From positions 1 to 32,826 of the forward strand of contig JAAZOI010000036.1 of NCBI GenBank assembly GCA_012797825.1: 32,826 bases of DNA. The letters are read 5' to 3'. This document shows, one piece after another, positions 26,949 through 32,826 of this stretch; within the stretch, counting starts at the first letter, position 1, and each line of letters starts with the position of its first letter. The stretch is from Eubacteriaceae bacterium (lineage in GTDB: Bacteria > Bacillota > Clostridia > Eubacteriales > UBA1433). Position numbers and translations under genes: made by a program. The notes under the pieces are model-generated. The model had not been told where the DNA came from. It was given only the letters and a program-made list of their open reading frames with translations, and ran no database searches.

Positions 26949-27179
26949 ATGAAAAATAATAATATTATATTGAGTAAAGAAATCAAATCAGAAATGCTTG
27001 ATAAAATACAGAATTATTTTTTAAAAGAAAGAGACGAAGAGATAGGCTCTTTAGCGTCAAGCATGTTTTTGGATTTTATAACAGAAGAACTCGCAGCGGA
27101 ATTTTATAACCAGGGAGTAATTGACTGCTATAATTATATTTCCGATAAGTGCGAAGATTTACTTTCAATTCAGAAATAG
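26949..27179 (+). CDS. small acidic cytoplasmic protein, DUF2164-like
   Basis: 76 aa. GAGGT SD lies 5 nt upstream. The ...YF.KERDEEIG.L.....LDF........FYNQG..D... pattern matches my recollection of DUF2164. Function unknown. Confidence 0.55.
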   Translation: MKNNNIILSKEIKSEMLDKIQNYFLKERDEEIGSLASSMFLDFITEELAAEFYNQGVIDCYNYISDKCEDLLSIQK

Positions 27180-27192
27180 CAATACCTATATC

Positions 27193-28116
27193 CTACTCAA
27201 TATTTGACATGAATTCCTTAAACCTCTGCGGAACAGGGGTTGTAAACTCCATATACTCACCTGTCCTTGGATGCACAAATCCAAGTTTATAAGCATGAAG
27301 CAACTGCCCCGTAAGTTCGGGGTTTTTCTTTTTATAACCGTATACCTTGTCTCCTGCAATGGGATGAGATATATACTGCGCGTGAACGCGTATCTGATGC
27401 GTTCTGCCTGTTTTCAATGCGGCGTCAACTAACGTGTATTCTTTAAATCTTTCTATAACCGTAAGCAAAGTTTCGGCGTATTTTGAGTTTTTATCCGTAA
27501 CAGCCATTTTTTTACGGTCAACCGTATCTCTGCCGATAGGCGCTTTTATTAATACTTTTTCCTCGCCTATAACACCGTGCAGTATCGCGTAATAGCTGCG
27601 GCTTATGCTGTGGACTTTAAACTGCTGTGCGAGGTTATTGTGCGCGTCATCATTTTTAGCGGCAATTATTATCCCGCTCGTATCTTTGTCAATGCGGTGT
27701 ATTATCCCCGGCCTTATAACTCCTCCAATACCCGAAAGAGTTCCTTTGCAATGATATAAAAGCGCGTTTACAAGAGTGTTTTCATAATTTCCGGCGGCAG
27801 GATGAACCACCATATCCTGGGGTTTGTTTATAAGAATAACATCGTCATCTTCATAAACAATATCAAGTTTTATGTTTTGGGCAATTGTTAAAAGCTCTTT
27901 TGGTTCCTTTATATTTAATATTATACTGTCACCGACGTTTACTTTATAAGACGCTTTTACTGTTTTGCCGGCAATAAAAACACTCCCGTCATCAATTGCT
28001 TTTTTAATAAACGAACGGGAGTATTTGTCTGCTTTTTCTGTAAGATATACGTCAATTCTTTTTCCTGCGTCAATATCTTCTGCTAAAAAAGTTATTTCTT
28101 TATTATCATTATTCAT
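27193..28116 (-). CDS. rluD: 23S rRNA pseudouridine synthase, RluA family (RluD type)
   Basis: N-terminal S4-like region, catalytic HRIDKDTSG and GRTHQIRVH motifs. 307 aa. The start overlaps the ylmH stop (ATGA). Confidence 0.9.
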   Translation of the reverse strand: MNNDNKEITFLAEDIDAGKRIDVYLTEKADKYSRSFIKKAIDDGSVFIAGKTVKASYKVNVGDSIILNIKEPKELLTIAQNIKLDIVYEDDDVILINKPQDMVVHPAAGNYENTLVNALLYHCKGTLSGIGGVIRPGIIHRIDKDTSGIIIAAKNDDAHNNLAQQFKVHSISRSYYAILHGVIGEEKVLIKAPIGRDTVDRKKMAVTDKNSKYAETLLTVIERFKEYTLVDAALKTGRTHQIRVHAQYISHPIAGDKVYGYKKKNPELTGQLLHAYKLGFVHPRTGEYMEFTTPVPQRFKEFMSNIE

Positions 28117-28856
28117 ACATATCTCTTAACGGTTAATTTAATGTTGCCTTTTTTTGTTTTGCCGGCTTCTTTAATTATTTCCATTCTTCCCTTACCCCTT
28201 ACTGAAACCATGTCGCCTTCTTTTAACTCTTTTGCCTGCTTTGTAAGCAGTTCATGATTTATCTTCACACGTTCCGCTTTTATATACTGCAGTGATAATG
28301 AGCGGGAAATTTTAAAAGCCGCGCTTATAATGCCGTCAGCTCTCATTGAGGCGACAATAACGTCAAGCTCTTTGCCTTCCGGCTCTTTCGCGTCAATTTT
28401 GTATGCGTCGATTTTTTCTAAGCAAACCTCGCTGTTGCCTATTCGCGTTAAATTCATCAGAACATAATCTGCTATATTTTCTTTTAAAATGATAAAATTA
28501 TCTTCATCACCAAAAATAATATCGCCCGTTTTTTCTCTGCTTATTCCAAGCCCCATTAACGAGCCCAGCACATCGCGGTGCGTAATGTCACCGTTTTTTT
28601 TAAAACTTAATATGCTTATCGCGTATTCATCCTCGCTTGGCTCATATCCTTTTGGGTATACCGATAACATTTTTCTCTCGGCGTAATCATACCCGCCATA
28701 AAAAGAACATTCAATTTCTGAATATTCTTTTATTATATCAGATATTTTTTCGCATCCTGCAGGATCAAAAAAATCATAAAAACTGCATGAATTATTTTTC
28801 ATTGCCGCTCTTGCCCAGTCGTGGGCTTTGGCTGTAATTAATTTATCGCTGTTCAT
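28113..28856 (-). CDS. ylmH: YlmH-family RNA-binding protein (S4-like domain)
   Basis: 247 aa. The C-terminal S4-like segment is RADGIISAAFKISRSLSLQYIKAERVKINH. It sits immediately downstream of sepF, as in the ylm cluster. Confidence 0.8.
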   Translation of the reverse strand: MNSDKLITAKAHDWARAAMKNNSCSFYDFFDPAGCEKISDIIKEYSEIECSFYGGYDYAERKMLSVYPKGYEPSEDEYAISILSFKKNGDITHRDVLGSLMGLGISREKTGDIIFGDEDNFIILKENIADYVLMNLTRIGNSEVCLEKIDAYKIDAKEPEGKELDVIVASMRADGIISAAFKISRSLSLQYIKAERVKINHELLTKQAKELKEGDMVSVRGKGRMEIIKEAGKTKKGNIKLTVKRYV

Positions 28857-28873
28857 TAAACCTCTTGTTAAAC

Positions 28874-29332
28874 TTAATCGTCAAATTCCCAGTTTATAAC
28901 GTCTTTTGAATACAGGTCGTCTTCGTTGTCGCTTATAATATCAATATTATTTGGCGCAAGTACGAATACATTCTTTGCGATTTTCTGAATGCTTCCGTTC
29001 AATGTATATACTACCCCGCTTAAAAAATAAAATGTCTTCTTTATTTCGTCGGATTTTATTTTCTCAAAGTTAATAACAACAGTATATCCGTTTTTCAATT
29101 GGTCGCATATACTTGGAGTTTCGTTAAAAACTTCAGGTTCAGAAAGTACTATCTTTTTTCTGTTTGACTCTCTTGTCTGTTTGCCTTCTTCAAAATAATC
29201 TTTTTTCTTTGATATGTATGACTTATTTGATTTATTATCAAAATCTGATTCGTATTCTAATTCATCTTCGTCATCATAACCCGCGCCCTCTTTTTCAACT
29301 ATTCCTAAAAATTCTTTTAGTTTTTCATTCAT
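28874..29332 (-). CDS. sepF: cell division protein SepF
   Basis: A variable charged N-terminal half is followed by the conserved C-terminal domain (VLSEPEVFNETPSICDQLKNGYTVVINFEKI...FYFLSGVVYTLNGSIQKIAKNVFVLAP). I prefer the second ATG (29332) because AAAGGA lies 8 nt upstream, whereas the first ATG (29341) abuts the SD. Confidence 0.85.
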   Translation of the reverse strand: MNEKLKEFLGIVEKEGAGYDDEDELEYESDFDNKSNKSYISKKKDYFEEGKQTRESNRKKIVLSEPEVFNETPSICDQLKNGYTVVINFEKIKSDEIKKTFYFLSGVVYTLNGSIQKIAKNVFVLAPNNIDIISDNEDDLYSKDVINWEFDD

Positions 29333-29337
29333 AATAA

Positions 29338-30015
29338 TCATCCTTTCTCGCTATTAAATATTGCGCTGCCTATGCGTACAACGTTAGCTCCGTTTTTTAC
29401 CGCGGTTATATAATCGTTGCTCATCCCCATAGACAAGTATTTCATTTCTGCTTTATTAGTATTATACATTATTTTGCTCTGTTCATAAATATTTTTCATA
29501 TCACAAAAATAATTATTCAGCTCATTTTCCGTAGCGTCAAGCGGAGCAATACACATTAACCCTTTTATATTGATATTATTCATCCTGCTTATTTGTTTCA
29601 TAGCGTCATATATTTCTTCTTTTTCAAATCCGTATTTGCTGGCTTCTTTAGCAATATTAATTTGAAGAAGCACATCGCTTTGTATATCATTTTTCTTCGA
29701 TTGCCTTGCAATTTCTTCCGCTAAATGAATACTGTCCAAAGAATGAATAAGGCATACTTTTCCTATAATATATTTAACCTTATTAGTCTGAACATGTCCT
29801 ATCATATGCCATGATATATCTTTGGGCAGAGCCTCATATTTGTCCAAAAATTCCTGCACTCTGTTCTCGGCCATATGTTTTATGCCCGCATCATATACCT
29901 GTTTAATGCTTTCTATGTCTCTGTATTTGCTGACCGCAACTAACAATACATCCGTATCTATTGCTTTGCTTTGCTCTATATTTTTTAAGATTGCTTCAAT
30001 ATTATCTTTAATCAT
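29338..30015 (-). CDS. ylmE: YggS/YlmE-family pyridoxal-phosphate homeostasis protein
   Basis: LLVAVSKY (PLP lysine context), ...WHMIGHVQTNKVK..., ...LSMGMSNDY..A...G...VRIGSAIF. 225 aa. Confidence 0.9.
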   Translation of the reverse strand: MIKDNIEAILKNIEQSKAIDTDVLLVAVSKYRDIESIKQVYDAGIKHMAENRVQEFLDKYEALPKDISWHMIGHVQTNKVKYIIGKVCLIHSLDSIHLAEEIARQSKKNDIQSDVLLQINIAKEASKYGFEKEEIYDAMKQISRMNNINIKGLMCIAPLDATENELNNYFCDMKNIYEQSKIMYNTNKAEMKYLSMGMSNDYITAVKNGANVVRIGSAIFNSEKG

Positions 30016-30040
30016 TATTATTGCCCCTGTTTATGTTTCG

Positions 30041-31282
30041 TTATTTTATTAGCAATGAACAGTCCTCTAAATTTTCGCTGCTGTTTTGTGTGTTATTGCT
30101 GTCTTGTGAAGTAAGCAAAATCCCCTTAACATCAATAAGCGCATAAGAACCTGACTCATCGTATCCTCTTATTGTTACCGCATATGTCTTTTTTATTTTG
30201 CCTTTATCTATTATGTCAATACAGTCCTGCTCGCTGCTGTTCTTATAGACACTGTTTTTAGGTATTTTAAAAACATTCGCATAGCGCTGTGTCTGTACTT
30301 TTATATCGCTTATTCTTGCATTCATTAAATCCTCTACATCTTTGCTTACGCAAAGAGTAATTATCTTGCTTTTTTCAAATTCTTTGATATCAACTATATA
30401 TCCCGCTAAAGTCTTGTCGCCAATTTGAAAATACATCTGCGGATATTGCTGCAATACATCCATCCGTTTTTTTAAAAATGTAAAATAATCATTGTATTGC
30501 AAAGAATTTTGAGTCATTATTTTTTCTTTATAATTCATAGCGGTGTTCTCAAAGTCAATAGTAGTTGCCTTCGGCAGTTCAAAGTTTACAAAAACACAGG
30601 AATTATCTTTAACTTTTACAACCATCGAATTTCTTACAGTCAATTTGCTTTCCTTTATGTTAAAAACATAATCTAAATAGTCGGGACTCAGCATACTTAA
30701 TACCGACATAGGGGCAATGTCTTCATAACCGTCTGTTTTGTAGTAAACCTGGCCTGTAAAATTTATCGGAGTGTTTATTAGCTTTAGCTCACTGCTTTTT
30801 TGCATATTGCTATATTTATTATAAAGCGTATTTAATTGATTTTCTGTGTAAAATAAATATTTTACTGTACCAAGCGTTAATTCTCCGTCTTTTTTACCCA
30901 CAGAATCTTTTATATCGCTAAAAAATTTAGTTTTATCATCATACATGTAGTTGTCAAGCTTATTCTGTATTATTTGCTTCTCATAATTATAATAAGCTGT
31001 GCTGTCAAGTTCTTTTGCAAGAATTGTATTTTTCGAAACTTTAGCTCCTTCATTCTCAACTGCAACTATATCATGACCAAAATACATTACTGCTTCATTT
31101 TTAATAAACAACGCTTTCACGTCAGAAGAAATTATATAATTCTGGCTCTCAAGCAGCATGGTCTTCTCTCTGCTTAAAAATAAAATAAGCACCCCTGCCA
31201 AAAAAACAGTTATGATAATCGCGACTTTTATTGCGTTTCTTCTGCGAATTCTTTTTAAATATTTTCCTTTAATATCTGCCAA
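30041..31282 (-). CDS. N-terminally membrane-anchored protein, HlyD/membrane-fusion-like (function unknown)
   Basis: 413 aa. TTG start at 31282 with GAGG 7 nt upstream. It begins with a basic N-terminus followed by one TM segment (AIKVAIIITVFLAGVLILFL). The C-terminal beta-rich part (FKIPKNSVYK...CIDIIDKGKIKKTYAVTIRGYDESGSYALIDV) resembles the HlyD-like barrel of adaptor proteins. The family call is tentative. Confidence 0.5.
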   Translation of the reverse strand: MADIKGKYLKRIRRRNAIKVAIIITVFLAGVLILFLSREKTMLLESQNYIISSDVKALFIKNEAVMYFGHDIVAVENEGAKVSKNTILAKELDSTAYYNYEKQIIQNKLDNYMYDDKTKFFSDIKDSVGKKDGELTLGTVKYLFYTENQLNTLYNKYSNMQKSSELKLINTPINFTGQVYYKTDGYEDIAPMSVLSMLSPDYLDYVFNIKESKLTVRNSMVVKVKDNSCVFVNFELPKATTIDFENTAMNYKEKIMTQNSLQYNDYFTFLKKRMDVLQQYPQMYFQIGDKTLAGYIVDIKEFEKSKIITLCVSKDVEDLMNARISDIKVQTQRYANVFKIPKNSVYKNSSEQDCIDIIDKGKIKKTYAVTIRGYDESGSYALIDVKGILLTSQDSNNTQNSSENLEDCSLLIK

Positions 31283-31301
31283 AGTAATGCCTCAAAGATT
31301 T

Positions 31302-32735
31302 TTAATTTATATGCTCATCTATTCTTCTTAACAATTCTTCACTACCTATAGCGGCCATAATTTTTGCTAAATCCGCTCCGTGTTCTTCTCCTGTAACAGC
31401 AAGCCTTATCGGCATATACAAATCTTTTCCTTTAATGCCGCATTTGGTTTGAATGCTTCTAATTATTGTTTGAAAAGCCTGACTGTTTAAATCATCCGCA
31501 TTTTCTATGCTTTCTTTTAACTGATTAAGAACAATCACACTCTTTTCCGATAAAAGCAGACTTATGCTCTCATCGCTTAATTTTTCTTTGAAGAATATAG
31601 GCTCCGATAAGTTATTTATATCAGAGAGCAGCACCATTTTATCTTTAACAGCATCTATTATCAATGAAAGTTTTTCAATACTGCACGGCGTTTTTAAAAA
31701 TGGCATGCAAATCTTTGCAAGAGAGTAGTTGTCATATTCTTTTATATAGCTGGCGTTCATCCAGTTTAATTTTTCAACATCAAATATTGCTCCCGACTTG
31801 CTTATCCTGCTTAAATCAAAATTCTCAATAAGTTTGTCCATACTCATAATTTCATCTTGTTCATTACTGCTCCAACCAAGCAATGCGACAAAATTTGTAA
31901 GAGCCTGAGGAAGGTATCCTTTTGCTTTAAAATCTTCAACTGCCGCGTCATCATTGCGTTTTGACAGCTTCTTTCTGTTTGTATTTAAAACCGTCGGAAG
32001 ATGCACAAATTTCGGAGCTTCAAGTCCTAATACCTTATAAAGATAAATATGCTTCGGAGTTGAAGATATCCATTCTTCCCCTCTTATTACATGCGTTATT
32101 TTCATTAAATAATCGTCAATTACAACGGCAAAATGATATGTTGGGTATCCGTCCGATTTTATAAGCACCTGGTCGTCTATATCATTCGTATTAAAGCTTA
32201 TATGACCGAATACTTCATCATCAAATTCGATAACTGTATCCGCAGGAAGATTAAGCCTGATTACATATTCTTCCCCGGCTTCTAATTTCTCGCTTATTTC
32301 CTTTTGCGTAAGATGCAGGCATTTCTTATCATATTTCGGCGTTTCTTTATTTTCAGCTTGTTCCTGCCTTAAATTATCAAGTCTTTCCTTCGAGCAAAAG
32401 CAATAATACGCGTCTTTCTGTTCTACTAGCTTCTGCGCATATTTTTTATATATGTCAAGCCTTTGCGATTGTATATACGGTCCGTACTGCCCTTTTTGGG
32501 ATATGTTATCTTCGCAGTCAATATATACACCCTCATCATATTCAAGGCCGCACCAACTGAGAGCTTGAATAAGATTTTCTATAGCGTCATCAACAAGCCT
32601 TGTTCTGTCTGTATCTTCTATTCTAAGTATCATCTTTCCGCCGTATTTTCTTGCAAGCAGATAATTGTATAACGCTGTCCTGTATCCTCCTACATGCAAA
32701 TATCCTGTCGGCGAAGGCGCAAACCTAACCCTCAT
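31302..32735 (-). CDS. gltX: glutamate--tRNA ligase
   Basis: MRVRFAPSPTGYLHVGG (HIGH motif) and KLSKR (KMSKS motif). 477 aa. GGAGGG SD lies upstream. Confidence 0.95.
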   Translation of the reverse strand: MRVRFAPSPTGYLHVGGYRTALYNYLLARKYGGKMILRIEDTDRTRLVDDAIENLIQALSWCGLEYDEGVYIDCEDNISQKGQYGPYIQSQRLDIYKKYAQKLVEQKDAYYCFCSKERLDNLRQEQAENKETPKYDKKCLHLTQKEISEKLEAGEEYVIRLNLPADTVIEFDDEVFGHISFNTNDIDDQVLIKSDGYPTYHFAVVIDDYLMKITHVIRGEEWISSTPKHIYLYKVLGLEAPKFVHLPTVLNTNRKKLSKRNDDAAVEDFKAKGYLPQALTNFVALLGWSSNEQDEIMSMDKLIENFDLSRISKSGAIFDVEKLNWMNASYIKEYDNYSLAKICMPFLKTPCSIEKLSLIIDAVKDKMVLLSDINNLSEPIFFKEKLSDESISLLLSEKSVIVLNQLKESIENADDLNSQAFQTIIRSIQTKCGIKGKDLYMPIRLAVTGEEHGADLAKIMAAIGSEELLRRIDEHIN

Positions 32736-32826
32736 AATTCCCTCCGTTATTTTTTGATTTTCTTAATATATTTTCTTTAGCCGCTTCTGCGTTCCTTTTA
32801 ATTGTTTCATAACCGCGCCAGTACAT
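32725..32826 (-). CDS. 3' end of an unidentified upstream CDS (partial, runs off the right edge)
   Basis: The minus-strand frame open from the window edge reads ...YWRGYETIKRNAEAAKENILRKSKNNGGNYEG*. Its TAG at 32725-32727 overlaps the gltX start by 11 nt. The purine-rich first codon positions favour this frame, but an alternative frame ending near 32765 cannot be excluded from about 100 nt. Confidence 0.35.
   Translation of the reverse strand: MYWRGYETIKRNAEAAKENILRKSKNNGGNYEG

Noticed and set aside
1-32826. Scan for CRISPR repeats, IS or transposase ends, integrase, tRNA or rRNA genes, DnaA-box clusters, dif-like sites and defence or toxin-antitoxin gene pairs
   Set aside because: I found nothing. 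There are no regularly spaced direct repeats and no unassigned ORF over 60 aa on either strand. No TTATCCACA-type boxes were seen, and no small adjacent gene pairs lie outside conserved housekeeping operons. This was a visual, tool-free scan, so short or degenerate repeats could have been missed.

Overview
This is an AT-rich, very tightly packed core-chromosome segment. Its gene content and order are typical of a low-GC Firmicute of the Clostridia type. Almost every base is accounted for by about 38 housekeeping CDS.

Layout:
- Left edge (-): ackA, truncated by the window.
- (+): tmcAL (ylbM) and ylbJ.
- (-) run 8464->2884: asp23-like, DAK2/yloV, recG, rsmD, coaD and a coiled-coil protein.
- (+): rpmB.
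- (-) run 23003->8882: dapF, yicC, remA, gmk, rpoZ, priA, def, fmt, a Zn-peptidase, rsmB, rlmN, stp, prkC, rsgA, thiN and a small membrane ORF.
- (+) island: rqcH, ktrB, ktrA and a DUF2164-like ORF.
- (-) run 32735->27193: gltX, an HlyD-like membrane protein, ylmE/yggS, sepF, ylmH and rluD.

Genes within each run are separated by 0-60 nt or overlap (ATGA/TAATG/TTGA junctions). The only non-coding stretches over 100 nt are three divergent or convergent junctions, which hold sigma-A-like promoters and one bidirectional terminator.

I see no tRNA or rRNA genes, CRISPR array, IS, transposase, integrase or phage genes. I also see no recognisable defence or toxin module, no long repeats and no space for a large riboswitch.

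Honest conclusion: this looks like an ordinary conserved region, and I could not find a convincing candidate for a novel system. The points worth a second look are modest:
- The thiamine pyrophosphokinase gene is interrupted by exactly one in-frame TAA and is otherwise intact.
- An unlisted 55-codon two-TM ORF lies between thiN and rpmB.
- A GC-rich hairpin between rpoZ and priA is the only strong secondary structure I noticed in the roughly 14-kb co-directional run.
- Two convergent gene pairs have no room for terminators.
- Two proteins embedded in conserved operons are uncharacterised: the HlyD-like protein and the coiled-coil protein.

CDS coordinates include the stop codon, as in the supplied ORF track.
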